Of a stretch of DNA of 64,000 nucleotides, positions 1 to 13,926 are shown one piece after another. This DNA is from Phaeosaccion multiseriatum (Eukaryota > Protista > Ochrophyta, other classes), in NCBI GenBank assembly GCA_965112735.1, contig OZ218954.1, forward strand, positions 3,286,001 to 3,350,000, read 5' to 3'. The notes beneath the pieces were generated by a model. It worked only from the letters and a program-made list of their open reading frames with translations, was not told the DNA's origin and made no database searches. The translations under genes were made by a program, and so were the position numbers. Position 1 is the stretch's first letter. Each line of letters opens with the position of its first letter.

Positions 1-259
1 TGTGTGTGTGTGTGTGTGTGTGGGTGGGTGGGTGCGTTTGTGCGTGTGTGTCTTGGGGGGGTGGATGTGGGGAGTGCCTCCATTCCCTGCCCCATCCTCT
101 TTCCCTCCTCCCTATCACACACATACGCTCACGCACATACACACACATGCACACACACGCACGTACACACACACACATCCACACACACATACATACACAC
201 ACACGCACACATGCACACACCAAGCAAGGGGAGCGTACCACCAACCACTGAAGACGTAC

Positions 260-1300
260 CTCCATCATCATCTTCCCTCCCCAGCAGAAGCCAACACAGC
301 CGAAGCTTTGAACGCTGTAGGCAGCCAACGTTTACACGGGAAGAGGAGAGAGAGAACCACTTTCAAGGTTAGTTGTTTGTCCTTGATTTTGCTTGGCTGA
401 CCCTGTTTGATCCTCGGTCCTTCCTTTCCCTGTGGCGGAAATGGTTGCCCCTCCTTCTCTCCGCTCCGTCTCTCCCCCCCCCCCTTCTCCCCCCCTCCTC
501 ATCCTCACCCTTCGCTTCTCATGGCAGCTTGCACAGCCTCGACGACGGGCTTAATCTTTTCTTCAAAGCCGAAGCTGCCCACCCAGGCCTTGAACTCCTC
601 GGGCTTAGGGGGGGGGAAGTTGGACAGAGCCCACTGAGTAGGGCGAGAGAGAGAAGGGTGGGAGAGGGAGGGAGAGAGAGAGGATAATAGAAGAGAGGGT
701 GAGGGAGGGGGGGCGAAGGGGGGGTGCGAGAGAGAGACGAGGAGAGTACACAAATCAAGGGTTACGACAGGACAGAGAGAGTCGAGCGGGTTACCCCTCT
801 CCACCCTACTTCCTTAACCCTCGTTCCAAGTGAGCGCACTCACCGGGTTGCCATTGAAGAAATCGGGGATGGCCACGTAGAAGCCGGCCTTGGAGAGGGT
901 GTCGGCAACCTGAATGTCGGCGACGGAAGGAGAAGGGTTTTTCGTCAGTTAATGCGGAGCGAAACGAGCAAACAGCCCGCGTTCGAGTGGTTGGACCGCA
1001 ATTAAATCTTTCATCCGCTTACTTGCCTGCTTCGATTGGGAAGAAGGCCCAAAGATATCGTACACCTGGGGAGGAGGAGGGAGGAGGGAACACGACGTAA
1101 GTGGGGGAAGAAAAGAAGAAGAAAGAAGGGAGAATTGAGACTTCCCGCCCAGTAGCTCAGCGACTTACATGGATGATCCCCTTTGCTCCCGGAGTGCCCG
1201 CGAAATACACACTGACTCCTCCCATCTCCTTCGTCACGCCCTTGGGCTCGTAGGATACGTCCAATACCCCTGGCAGGTCCGAGGGGCAACAGGTGGCCAT
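260..1300 (-). CDS. Dienelactone hydrolase family protein (alpha/beta hydrolase); spliced, 3' end runs off the left edge of the window
   Basis: Exons ~1300-1169 (MATCCPSDLPGVLDVSYEPKG...VYFAG...KGIIH), ~1065-1023 (VYDIFG), ~909-844 (VADTLSKAGFYVAIPDFFNG), ~633-509 and 314-260 (VQSFGCVGFCWGGKMMME). G-F-C-W-G-G is the family nucleophile motif, and xDIFG and xPDFF are typical of the family. Confidence 0.9.
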
Positions 1301-2113
1301 CTTTGCCGAGTGCTTGCTGCTGAGGTGGGAAACAGCAGTATAGATCAGCAGCAGTACCAGCAGCTTCTGAGGAGGGGGAGGAGGAGGAGGAGGAGGGAGA
1401 AGCACGTGGAGAAACCAAATGTGAATTAGAGAACCACCTTCTCTCCCTTTTTTTGTCGAGCGGCTCTCGGGCTAGAACAGAACACAATAATTAACACTTT
1501 CATTTAAAACAACCAAGGGAGTGCAAAACCAGTAGAAGGTTCTCTTGAGAGGTGTGAGCCTGGTGCTACGTCCTTACTTTGGGGTTGAAGAGACAGGAGG
1601 ATTTGAGAAAGAAAGGGATATCTTGCCCCGTAGGAATTGCGTATTAGCCTTTCCTTTTCCTTTTCAACAATAGCTGCTAGTATCTGAAGCCGAGCGCAGG
1701 TCAAGGAAGAATCCCTCCCTCCTGGTCGTATCCCTGGTGAGTTTGCATCTCGCAGGGTATGCCTCCCGCCGTTACCCCACGAATGTGTGAACCCGTCTGC
1801 AACGCAACGCCCGGCTTTCTTTCGGGGTACTCTACCGGCTGGGCTTACTCTCCTCCCCACCCCCACCCCTTTATACTCCTTTTGCATCCCTCTTTCAGAA
1901 TGGCTTGAGCTGAATCTAAACTAAGAATCCTGTGTTTCTTCCTCGTCTCCGTCTCCATCTATTTTTCCCATCTACCCCAATCCAGAGATTCCCACTCCCC
2001 TTGGGTATCCTCGGATCACATCCTTCTCGGCCAAAGGAGGGAGAGAGACTGGGTGCGACGTAAGAAGGAAGGATCGGCGTCCTGCGAACACCCACCGTCA
2101 ACCGCGGCCCAGC

Positions 2114-4273
2114 ATGAAAGCTGTTGCATTGCTCCTGCCACTGCTTCTGCTCCTCGCAGAGCCTATATCACCATCCTTCGCACAACCAACTGCAGTATCT
2201 GGCGATACAGCAGCAGTACCTGAAGTAGCTGGATGGGAACGAGCAAGTGAAGACGGAGGTGGCGCTGGAGGGGAGGACTTACATGGACTGCCTTCCTTCG
2301 CAGCAGCAGCAGCAGCAGCCTCTTCCAACCTCATGCTGATACACAAGGAGCAGCAGCAGGAGCAGCAAGGGGGGGGAGACGACGAAGCACCAACCGCAGC
2401 AGCAGAAGGAGAAGAACAAGGACAAGAGGAGGGGGGGGAGGAGGACGATGGAGCGCCGGCCGTGAGGATGACACTACTGTGCATTGTGACGGTGATTGTG
2501 TTGTGCACAATGGCCTTTGAGAGGATGAAGGAAGAGGTCATAGAGAGGTAAGTCTTTCCTTGCGGTAAACGTCGGTCGGTCCTGCTTGTTTCACTCTCTC
2601 TCTATCTCCCTCCCTCTCCCACCCTCTCTCTCTCTCTGTCACACACACACACGCACACGGGTCCTGTCTTTGCAGTGGAAGCAGCATCATTGTTTTGTCA
2701 AGTCTCCTTCCCTCGTCTGATTATCATCCTCTCCCTGAATGTGCCGCGTGGCCTACAGGACCCCTGAGAAGCAGGAGAAGGTCATTGAGAGCCTGTTCTC
2801 TGAGATGACCGTACTTGGTGAGTAAGCTAGATCAGTGAGTGATATTGAGTGCAGGGGTGAGTGAGGTGATGGGCATCCCTCCCTCCTCCTTCGTCCCTCC
2901 CTACTTCCCTCCCTACCTCCCTGCCTGCCTCTCTCCCTCCATCCCTCCCTGCCTTCCTCCTTCTGTCACTCCTTTCCCTACCCCCCTCCCCTCCCGTCCC
3001 TCCCTCCCTCCCTGGTTCCTCTCCTCATGCCCTCTGTGCCCTTCTCTCGTGTGTATATGTAACTGGAAAGGCTTCTTGGGGCTGGTGGTGTTTACCGTGA
3101 GCAAGTAAGTACATTTCTTGTAACTGTCTCGGTGTGTACCTCTTGAATGCACCATCATCACTACTCATTGATATAATCATTGACTACTATAGTCACTTTA
3201 TTGTGTCAATCATACAAGGGCTTGTTATGCACCACAACTCATTCCCTCTCCCCTCCCCCTCCCCCCATCCACTGCCATCCCTCCCTTCCATCTACTGCCC
3301 TCCCCTAGACTGGGAGTGCTGGACGTGATTTCAGCGGACGTGTTCGGGGAAAGCGAGTCGGGGGAGATAGCAGAGTTTATAGAGGTGAGTTTGAGTTTGA
3401 GTCTAATGCATCCTACAAACCACACCACGCAGCTGAGTCACCGCCCACCTCCCTCAATCCACTGCTCTCCTCTCTGCATCAACGGCCATCTACTGCCATC
3501 CCCCCCCTCCTTCCTATCCCACTGCCATCCCCTGCCATCAGATCACGCACTACGTCATCTTCCTGGTTATGGTCCTTTTCATCTGCCAGGTGAGTTGGTG
3601 ATACGGGAGCGGGAGGAGGAGGAGGAGGGGGGGGGGGAGGAAGGAGAATGACGAGGGGTATTGTAAAGGTAAAGCACGAATCTATTTATGGTCTGTCGCT
3701 TTACGCTTTATTCTCTCTTTTCTCTTTATGTTGTGTTGTGTCTTTGTCTTCCTCTCTCCTACCCTAAGGTGCTGCTACTCACCGTCAATGGGAGTGAGTC
3801 GGAGCGGGCGTGGATGGCGTGTAACACGGTGAGTGCGTGCGTGTGTGCGTGTGTGCGTGCGTGAGTGCCAGCGTGCGTGCGTGCGTGCGTGTGTGCGTGC
3901 GTGTGCGGGTGCGTGAGTGCGTGCGGGCGAGCGCTCGCAGGCGTAGTCAGGAAGGGATGGGTGGGTTGGATTGGAAGTGCTTTTCGGTTGCTTGCTCCCC
4001 CCCCCCCTGGTCTCTGTCTCTCTCTCTCTCTACTCTCTTCCAGGAACTTGCACTCCCCCCCCCTGATTTCCCCCCGAATCCCCTCCCCGCTTTCCCCGAT
4101 TTCTCTCCCCTCCACCCCGATTCCCCTCCCCAGGCTGTGCAGAATCCCCGAGACATGCAGGCTCTCGCAGACCGCCTCCGGAAGCCCCCCCCGGGGATAT
4201 TCGATATCGCGGGGCGACGAGCGTGAGTGAGCACAGCAGGGAGAGGCCCTTCTTTTTGATGATGATGCGCTGC

Positions 4274-4331
<58 letters not shown>

Positions 4332-4335
4332 GCTT

Positions 4336-4380
<45 letters not shown>

Positions 4381-4704
4381 TCCCTCTACTCCTCCTCATC
4401 CTCTACTCCCCGCTGACCACTCTCTCTGTCGCGCGCCTGTTCTCCTTTGATCTCTGGCCGTTCTTTTCTCTGCTCCTTCTCTCTCTGTCCCCCCCCCACC
4501 CCCTCTCTCTGTCTGTCTGTCCCTCTCTCCCTCCCTCTCCCTCTCTCTGTATTGCTTTGCCTTTCCCGTCTGTCCAGACACCACAAAGACATTCACCTCC
4601 TAATGTTCAAGAGCCTGAGAGCCGAGTTCATCAAGGGAAGGTGCGTGATATCTCTCTCCGTGTCTCCCTTTCTCTCTGTCTCTCTCTCTTTCTCTGCATG
4701 TTTA

Positions 4705-4735
<31 letters not shown>

Positions 4736-4738
4736 TTC

Positions 4739-4772
<34 letters not shown>

Positions 4773-7700
4773 CCGTCTCTGATTTTCTTTTCTCTCCCTG
4801 TCTCTCTTTCTCCCCTTCTCTCTACCCCTCTTGGCTCGCTGCCCTCTCCTCTCTTCCCTCCCTCCCTCTCTTGCCTTCCCCTCTCCCTCCCTCCCTCCCT
4901 CCCTCTGTCCCCTCTCCTGCCTCCCTACTGCCCTACACTACCCCACACAGGAATCTCCTCCCGCCCTTTGGTGAGTTCGACGAGAAGGATCAGCTGCCGG
5001 GCAACTTTCGCTACGATCTCTACCTTGCCTACTGCCTTGGAGACAGGTGAGTCAATCTGCCAGTGATTGGTGATAGTCTTTCAGTGAGTGAGTTGGTCAC
5101 TCAGTGAGTTCGGAAGGAAGGAAGGAAGGAAGGAAGGAAGGAAGCACCAGTCAGTCGGTCAGTCAGGCAGGCAGACAGGCAGGCAGGCAGTCAATGCGTC
5201 GGTCGGTCCGTCATCTCCTCTCATCTTCTCTCTCTCTCTTTCCCCTCCTTCCCTGCCTCCCTCCCTCCCCTCCCTGCCTCCCTCCCCTCCTTCCCTTCCT
5301 CCCCTCCCTCCCTCCTTCCCTCCCTCCCTCCCCTCCTCCCTCCCTCCCCCCCTCTCTTCGTCCCTCCCTCTCTCCCTCCGTCCGTCCCTCGACACAGCAT
5401 GGCTAAGGTGGTGGAGGTTCCTATCAACACTCTGGCCGTGGTGTGGCTCATTGCAGTCACGTTCTTCGTCACAGTGCTGGCATCAGCGGGGAATACGATG
5501 GTGGGCAGTTGGTGATACAGGGGGGGGAAGGGGGCAAGGTGTGAGACGTGGGGGGGTGAGGAGGTGAGGGGTTGCTACTCATGAATTCCCACGACGCCCC
5601 CCACTGATCACACCCTCCCTTCCCCTCCTGCACCTGCACCCCACTGCGGAACTTTTTTGCTGTGGGTGTGGGTGTTGTTCTCCCTCACTGACTTACTGAT
5701 TACGTATGCGTACATCAACCTCAAACTCATACGATTGAGAATAGCTGCTGTGCCTGATTTGGGGAGGGCTCGGCTACCCACTTGCCATCTTCTTTGAGAT
5801 TTTCCACAACAAGGTGAGTGAGGAGTGAGGGAGCAGAGAGAAAAAAGAAAGGTCAATCAACTGAAACTGAAGCTGAAACGCCCGTCTCCCCCCCTCCTCT
5901 CCCTTCCCAGGTGTGCAGGATCAAATTCGAGCACCTCGCTGGCGATTTCATGCAGGACTTCACCACCGTGAGTTGCAGTTTCAGTTCGAGGGGGCCGAGC
6001 TTGAGTTTGAGTTTGAGTTTTGAGGTTTGCTTCAGTAGAAGTTTCAGTGTGTTGTAAACCAACCTCAAGTATCGCCCTCCTTCCCCTCCCTCCCCTTCCT
6101 TCTCCTCAGTACTCATCGGTGCTGGGTACCCTGCAGCTTGATGCGAACGGTGTTCTAAGTCCTATTATGCGAAGCCCTGCCCAGAGCCCGAGGCGAAGCA
6201 TCAATGCAGGAAGGGAGCACCTGATCGGCATCAGCCCCAGCAACAGCCCGATGAACAGCCCCAGCAACAGCCCCAACAACAGTAACAGCAACAGCAACAG
6301 CAACAGCAAGAGTAGGAAGAGGGGGGGCGTGGAGACTGAGCATGGGTATGGAAGTATTATACAGCAGGGCGGCGTGATGTTGACCAACGCTGGTGGTGGA
6401 AGCATCAACAACGGGCAGAAGGACATGGGGAGGGGGAGGGAGGAGCAGGAGGAGGAGGTACTCCTCAAGCGACATCGACGGTGAGTGTTTGCTTGCTCCA
6501 GGTCCTCGGCCGGCCATCTACTGCCATCTGTCTAGGTTGACCGTGTGGTGGTGCGACGTGAGCAGGCTCGTGGTGTGCCCATCACTCATGCCATTTGTGA
6601 TGCTCTACACACTCTACGCAGACAGAAGCAACGCACACACAGACCGAGGCGAAGTGAACGTGACTGACAGCAGAGTGTGACTTGCTTTCATCCTCACGCT
6701 GACTGCTACTACTGTATCACCAACTGCTACTTCTGCTCCATGTACCACCAAAACCGCTTTGCTTTGCCGCAGAGGCATGCCTGGGTGGACCCGCTTCTCC
6801 CAGCCGGACAAGAAGACCAACAAGCTTGAGAGGTGGATGTACGGGTCGTCGCCATCCCGTCAACATCAGCTCTTTTGGTTCCACGAGCGGGGGCCTGAGT
6901 TCCACCTTTTCCTCCTCCGCCTCATGCTCCTACTTATGGTGAGCAAGCCTTGCTTGTTTGTGACGTGGTCCGTGTCATGGGTTGGGTTAGGGGAAGAGGA
7001 AGGGGGAGGGAAAGGGAGAGGGTCAGCCTTTAACCTCTTTCCCCCCCCGAGTCTCATGCTGCTGCTTCTCTGGTGAGCTTTGCTTGCTTTCTTGCTTGCT
7101 TTCTTGCTTGCTCGCGACGGGATCAGAGGGAAGGGGGGAAGATGAAGAGGAATGGAAAGGGGGAAGAGGAAGAGACAAGTACAAAAAGAGAGTCAGAGGC
7201 AGGCCGGTCAGTGCCCCCCCATCCCCCCTCCAGACACACTGATCCCTTCCCCCCCCCCCCCTCCTCCTCCCCCTCTCCCTCCCCCCCTCCCCCCCGTCTA
7301 CCCCCCCCAAGGCCATCGACCTGTCCATCCTGCTGCTGCACTTCGCGAGGTTCATGTGGCTCGAAGAGGGTAAGATGTGCCTCTACGCTGTGCTTGCCTA
7401 TATGCTTGTCTTTAATCCTCTGTGTGTGCTTGCCTATATGCTTGTCTTTAATCCTCTACGCCGTGCTTGCCTATATACTTGTCTTTAATCCTCTACGCTG
7501 TGCTTGCCTATATGCTTGTCTTTAATCCTCTACGCCGTGCTTGCCTATATGCTTGTCTTTAATCCTCTACGCCGTGCTTGCCTATATGCTTGTCTTTAAT
7601 CCTCTACGCTGTGCTTGCCTATATGCTTGTCTTTAATCCTCTACGCCGTGCTTGCCTATATGCTTGTCTTTAATCCTCTACGCTGTGCTTGCCTATATGC

Positions 7701-9679
7701 TTGTCTTTAATCCTCTACGCCGTGCTTGCCTATATGCTTGTCTTTAATCCTCTACGCCGTGCTTGCCTATATGCTTGTCTTTAATCCTATACGCTGTGCT
7801 TGTCTTTAATCCTCTGTGTGTGCTTGCCTATATGCTTGTCTTTAATCCTATACGCCGTGCTTGCCTATATGCCTATACGCTGTGCTTGTCTGTATCTCTC
7901 TATGCTTGCCTGCCTATATGCCTCCCTCCTTCTCTTGTCTACCTTTCTGTCTCAAAGAGAAGCAGAGGCAGAGAGTCAAAACTTGCCTCCCTTCCTCCCT
8001 CCCTCCCTCCCTCCCTCCCTCCCCCCTCCCCTCCTTAACCTTCCTCTTCTCAAATGTCCATCTACTACCTAACTAACGCACAAACGAACAAACAAACTGT
8101 CTAACAAGCTAACGCGCAAACAAACGAACAAAACAACCAACTAACTGTCTAACTATCTACCTTAAGTTACTCACGAACAAACAAACAAACAAACCAACAA
8201 ACAAACGAAACAACAAACAAACAAACAAACCAACAGGCCCCCTGGCCACTCTCGCCTACCTGATTGTGGCGGTACTCCCCTTCGCCTGGATCTACGCCCA
8301 CATCAACAACCTTGTAAGGAGGGTGGTTCATGTCAACAACATTGGAGGCATGCGTAAGCCTATGGTTGTGGCCAAGGTCAGTGTCGCAGTGGATCAGTTG
8401 TGTCCTTCAGTGTGTCATGTCAGTGTGCGTAGGATAAATGAAAGATGAGAAGATGAGATAAGATAAGATAAGATAAGATAACGGTGCTTGACTTGTTTTC
8501 TCCATGCTGCTTGGCTTGGCTCGCTCGCGCTGTTGATTCTTGAGTTCATTTTTTTTTTTTTTTTGCCTTTCGTTTGCTTTCCTTTCTTTGACTTGGTCGC
8601 TCTCTTGCACTTGCTGCCTCCGCTTGCTCTCTTCACACCTGCTTGGTTTGGTGTTGTTGCTTTGCTTGCTCTGTTTGCTTCGTTGTTTCTTGTGCCCTCT
8701 GTAACAAAACGTGTGTATGCTCTCCTTGCTCTCCTTGCAGGTGAAGAAGGACATGAAGACCATCAACGCCATGAAGGCTCTCTTTCTCTTGCATGAGGTG
8801 AGTCAGTGCGTGTGTGCGTGTGTGTGTGCGTGTCCGGGCAGATGGGCAGGCAGATGGGCAGGCACGCACATGGGCAGGTATGCATTTGGCCAGTCGATCG
8901 TTCCCAATTTCCTCCTCATCACCCCCCTCCTCCCTCCCTTGAACCTGAAAACTACAGCTCCGTCACAAGCTCCAGTGCGATCATGCCGTCGGCCGCGCCT
9001 CCTTGGAAGAGGGTGGAGATACCGTTTCACGACACCCCGCCTTCGTCCCTAGACAGGGCACCATCTCGGAGGAAGGGGCCGAAGGGCAAGCAGACCATCT
9101 CGCGCCCCCCTCGGCCGTCCAGCAGCAGCAGCAGCAGCCGCAGCGTGGTGGTGAAAGTGAGGAGAGTGAGGAGAACCCTGACAGAGCCCATATGATGGCT
9201 CAGATGAAGAAGAGGAGATCCTCGTGCCTCTTGCATGGTTCGAATCTCATGAAGACGTGAGTACGAGCGGAAGGAGTGAGAGAGTGTGTGTGTGAGTGTG
9301 TGAGTAGAGGGGAAGGAGTGAGAGAGAGTGTGTGTAGAGGGGAAGGAGTGAGAGAGTGTGTGTGTGAGTGTGTGAGTAGAGGGGAAGGAGTGGGAGAGAG
9401 AGTGTATGTGTGTAGAGGGGAAGGAGTGGGAGAGTGTGTGTGAGTGTGTGTGTTGAGGGGAGGGAGTGTCAGTGTGTGTGTAGAGGGGAAGGAGTGAGAG
9501 TGTGTGTGTGTGAGTGTGTGAGTAGAGGGGGAGCTCTTTTTATTTTTATTTCTCCCTCTCTCCCTCTCTCCCTCTCTCCCTCTCTCTCTCCCCTCCTCCC
9601 CCCCCCCCTCACCCCCTCTCTCCCCTCACACCACCAACAACAACAACTACTACTACTACTATTTCTAACGCCTACAACA

Positions 9680-9719
<40 letters not shown>

Positions 9720-9747
9720 TTACTACTAATACTACTACTAATACTAT

Positions 9748-9779
<32 letters not shown>

Positions 9780-11329
9780 CTACAACAACTACTACTACTC
9801 CTCCTACAGGCAGCTCAAAGAAGAGCGCCTTGCCTTTTGGGGCATGGACCCCGACGGAGGCACCAACCAGTTCTCCATGCCGCAGATGATGGGCAAGTTG
9901 GCCGTCATGGGCATCGACCCCCAACAAGTCATTGAAGTGGGAAAGCTCTTTAACAATTTCGACGTGGACAACAGCGGCAGCATCGATGAGGCAGAGCTCC
10001 GGACCCTGATGGGAGCCATGGGAAAACCCCTCGATGAGCTGGAGGTAAGTTTTCTCAGTTTCAGTTCCAGTCTCAGTCTCAGTCTCACTCTCGCCCTTTT
10101 TCTCTTTCTCTCTCACCCTTACTCTTACTCTCTTCTTTCAGTTTCAGTTTCCGAACTCACTGTCATCCGCTGCCATCCGCTCTTCTTTATCCCTCCCTTG
10201 TGTTGTGATAATAAGGTACACGCCCTCATGACGAAAGTGGACATTGACGGAGACGGAACGTGAGTGGTTGTTAATGAACGATCATGGGGTTTCGTCCATC
10301 CACCCTTCTTCCTTCTTCCTCCTCCCTCCCTCCCTCCCTCCCTCCCTCCCCTCTCTCCCTCTCCGCCTGCTGCTTGGCCCACATCTTCTCCTCCTTTCGG
10401 TTTCTAAACCTCCTCTTAATCCGTCTCCCCCTCTCTCCCTCGTCCTGCCGCTCTATCACCAACCCCCCCCCCCCTTTCCCTTCCCTCTATATTACCAACT
10501 GCTCAACACTCAACAGTGTGTCGTGGTGCGAGTTTATGCTGTGGCAGATGGAGGCCCTTGCCAACAGTGACAATTGCAGAAGCAGGGGCAGGGATCAGAG
10601 CGAACAAGAGCCGTCCGACGAGGACGTCGTTAACGCTCTCTTCCTTTATTTCGATCCGACAGGTGTGTGTGTACGTGTGTGCATGTGTGTGTTGTGGATG
10701 GGTGGGTAGGAATGTGTATGTATGCATGTGTGTATGTGTGTGTGTACGTGTTCCTCCTCTCTTGATGCTCTATTCCCTCTCTTTCCTTCCCTACAATGTA
10801 ACGCTTCCTCCCTCTCCCTCCCTCCCTACCTCCCTCCCCCCCTTTCCCCATCCCTCCCCCTCTCCCTCTCCACCCATTCTCTCTTTCTCTCCCTCCCTCT
10901 CTTGCAGGTACTGGAGAAGTGAGCACAGAAGAGTTCATGAACGGAATGAAAAGCCTCGATGTCGGACTCGGAGAAGTCGAGATCGGTGAATTGGTGAGTA
11001 AAGTAGAGGGGTAAAAACTGATGGATGGGTGAGAGAGTAGAGCAGACGTATTGAGACATGTGCTGGTTCTATACAGTAGGCTTTCTGTACAGACGTATCT
11101 TCACCTTCTCCCTCTCTCCTTCCCTCCCTTGCTCACGGACTCACGCACGCGCGCACGTACATCCTCCTTTCCTCTCCCCCCCCCCCCTCGGTACTACTCG
11201 CGTTAGATCTACGAGCTGGACACAGATCACGACGGCTCAGTGTCCTCAGAAGAGTTCAGCAGGCTGTTCGAGCGGCACAAGATTCACATGGGCAAGGATG
11301 AGCCCATTCGCAGAAGGAAGGACAGATGA
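2114..11329 (+). CDS. MLO: MLO-like (Mildew resistance locus O) multi-pass membrane protein with a C-terminal four-EF-hand calmodulin-like domain; more than 20 exons
   Basis: Spliced peptides resemble MLO blocks: SLFSEMTVLGFLGLVVF (cf. ELMLLGFISLLL), HYVIFLVMVLFI, NFRYDLYLAYCLGDSMAKVVEV (cf. FDFHKYIKRSLEDDFKVVV) and LFWFHERGPEFHLFLLRLMLL (cf. FWFxxPxLxLxLIH). Phase-compatible joins 8797/8958 and 9256/9810 continue into EF loops DVDNSGSIDEAE, DIDGDGTVSWCE, DPTGTGEVSTEE and DTDHDGSVSSEE. Stop TGA at 11327-11329. Signal-peptide-like N-terminus. Confidence 0.8.
7380..7880. repeat. Intronic minisatellite, 37-bp unit CTCTACGCCGTGCTTGCCTATATGCTTGTCTTTAATC, about 13 copies
   Basis: Head-to-tail repeats (unit starts at e.g. 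7454 and 7491) with no unique spacers, inside an intron of the MLO gene. Confidence 0.95.
9640..9800. repeat. (TAC)n microsatellite at the 3' end of an intron
   Basis: Direct reading of actact/tactac runs. Confidence 0.95.
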
Positions 11330-12074
11330 CACTTACAGGGGGAGAAGGAGGAAGAGGAGGAGGAGGAGGAGGAGGAGGAGGAGCAATAGGAGGAGAAGAC
11401 ATGGGATGGAGGAAGGAGAAGGAGCTTTGGATCATTCGGAGAGAGATAAGTCTGTCTCCCAATGCTGTCCTTCTCTCGCAAAGTTAGGATGGACGGAGGA
11501 GGAGGAGGATGAGGAGGAGGAGGCGGAGGAGGAGGAGGAGGAGGAGGAGGAGGAGAGGGAGGGAGAGGAGGAGGAGGAGGAGGAGGATGAGGAGGAGGAG
11601 GAGGAGGAAGACGAAGAAGAAGAAGAAGAAGAAGAAGCAGACTTAAAAAAGATTAAAAAAAAAGTTGTTTTGTGGAAGAGTATTGATGTTTATTACCCTC
11701 ATTCCAAGTACTGGACCCATGAAGGAGCCTGACACCAACTCCTGAGTGCCTCGTCCCAAGAGGGTTCGAAGGTCGTCCCTTTGTGTTTCCACAGTCGAGC
11801 ATTGGTGATACGCGTCAGCTGTGATTCATTGACTTGCTGTGCGTGATGGGCGGGGGGCGGGGCGGAATGGGATTGATAAACTCGCCGATCTCACGTGTTA
11901 CAGCCGCTGTAGACACGTCCAACGCACACTTCTCGTATCTTTAGAAGGTGGGCTGGGCACGGCAGGCTCTTCGCTCTTGAGCTTAGGGTGCTTATTAGAC
12001 GCGCTGACGCTTTTGGTGAATCGCCAAAATTGCCAACGTGGCCTGGCGGTTGGCCAGAGGGACGAACACAAAGC

Positions 12075-13892
12075 ATGGAACAAGACGGGGATGCACACAA
12101 GGAACGCGAAAGGGTGCTGTTCAAGGCGGCTGAATTGAATAGGGCAGACATCATCAATGAGGCGGTATACAGCAGGGCGGCAGAACCTCGGGGAGACGAC
12201 GATTCCAGCGGGGAGCAGCAGAAGCAGGAGAGCAGGGCGGCAACACCTGGGGGGGATGATTCCAGCGGGCTCCTGGACGAGACTGTGCTCAATGCAGTGG
12301 ATGAGCAAGGAAGAACGGCCCTTCACATTGCTGTGAGCAACAAGGCGAAAGACGTGAGCAGTTACTATGTGGAGTCTTTTGTCCCCCCCCAGGCCGCGTT
12401 CTCTCCCTCTCGCGCTTCCTCTCTTCCCTCTCTTTCCTTCTCTTCCTCCCTCCCTGACCCACTCCCTTCCTCTCTCTCTCTCTCTCTCTCCCTCCTTCCC
12501 CCCCTCACTCGTTTTGCGCTACTCACCCTCCTCTTGTGCGCACCCAACCAGGCCATCCGAATGCTGCTCAAACTGGGGGTAGACCTGTCCACACGGGCGG
12601 GAGAGGCGAACACCACTGCGGTGCAAGACGCGGTGGGCAGCAATAGGGACGAGGAGTTGGCCCAAATCTTCATGATGGAGGCGATTCAGTGCATCGCGCA
12701 GGAGAACAATGAGCGCCTACGCGAGCTGCTGGAGGCGGGCATACAGCCCGATGCCCTCCTTGGCAGTGGCAGCAGCAGCGGCAGCGGAAGTGGAGCAGGG
12801 GCAGGGGCGGGGGGGATAGATCGAATGTCTCTGCATGGCTGGGCAGAGACCCTCGGGTCCGAGGGCGCTCAGCGCGTCTTGAAAGAGTTCGCAATGGGGG
12901 TGGGGGGCGAGGCCGATGCTGTATCACCAACTGCTGATGGTGCTGCTGGCTCGCAACGATCCACGGCAGGTAGGCGGGCGCACGTGCGAAGACCGCGGCC
13001 GGTGACCTCAGAGGAGAAGCTTGCTGCCAAGGAGGCGGAGATTGGCGACCTGAGATGCATCATTGCGGATGTACTGAGTGAGCGAGAGGCGTTTGAGCAA
13101 GAATTAATAGAGAAGGGAAGCTTCGACATGATTGAAAGGATGCGCGGAGGCTGGCAGGAATTGGCGGAGCGGAGAGAGAAGGCCAGGCTACTGGAGGAAG
13201 AGGTGGCCATGGAGCGAGCGGCAGAGGCGGCCGAGAAGGAGGCGGGAGTGCAGGTGCAAGTGAAGGTGGCCAGAGCGCAGCAACAACTTGAAAAACTCAT
13301 CTGCAGCAGAGTAGGGAGCCCCAGGGGCAACATGGGAGGGGTGGGGGCCTTGCAAATGTCGACGATGCCAATAACGACGATGCAAAACAATAGCCACCAC
13401 GACCACCACGACCAGGAGGAGGAGGAGAACGAGGACCACCAAGTCGCAAGCTCCTCCTCCTCACACCCTTCCTCCTCCTTCAGTCCGGGCACCCCTCAGT
13501 GTATTGAAGAGCGAGGCAGACTCGTGACGCCACATACCCGCGAGACTGCGGCGGTAGACAGGCTGCTGGAGGAGAAGACTGAGTTGACCAAGACTCTCCA
13601 TGCTATGGCAGCTTCGCTCTGTCAGGAAGTGAATCAGATGGCTCTGCTGGCGACCGGGCGAGCAGCGTTGGAGGTGGCGGGCACCCTGCTCACAATTGGC
13701 AAGGATTTGGAGGAGGCGGAGCAGGTGCTCAACAGCCTGGGCAACAGGGTGCGGCACATCCGGGCGGAGCAACAGGTGCTGCGGATGAGAAGAGCGGAGG
13801 GCGAGCAGCAGCTGACACGCGTAAGGGGCATGATCGAGGCCAAGCTCAGAGAGGCGGAGACGGCCGCCGCCGCTGCAGCAGCAGTTGGTGAT

Positions 13893-13926
<34 letters not shown>

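Noticed and set aside
7380-7880. 37-bp repeat array as a CRISPR array
   Set aside because: Units are contiguous with no unique spacers, there are no cas genes, and it lies in a eukaryotic intron; it is a minisatellite.
9844-11329. A stand-alone calmodulin-like gene
   Set aside because: The exon opens with a good acceptor at 9809 in phase with the upstream MLO exon, and the upstream DNA looks intronic, so fusion is the simpler reading.
11750-11785. GGTTCGAA as a tRNA T-loop
   Set aside because: No T-stem or cloverleaf can be formed around it.
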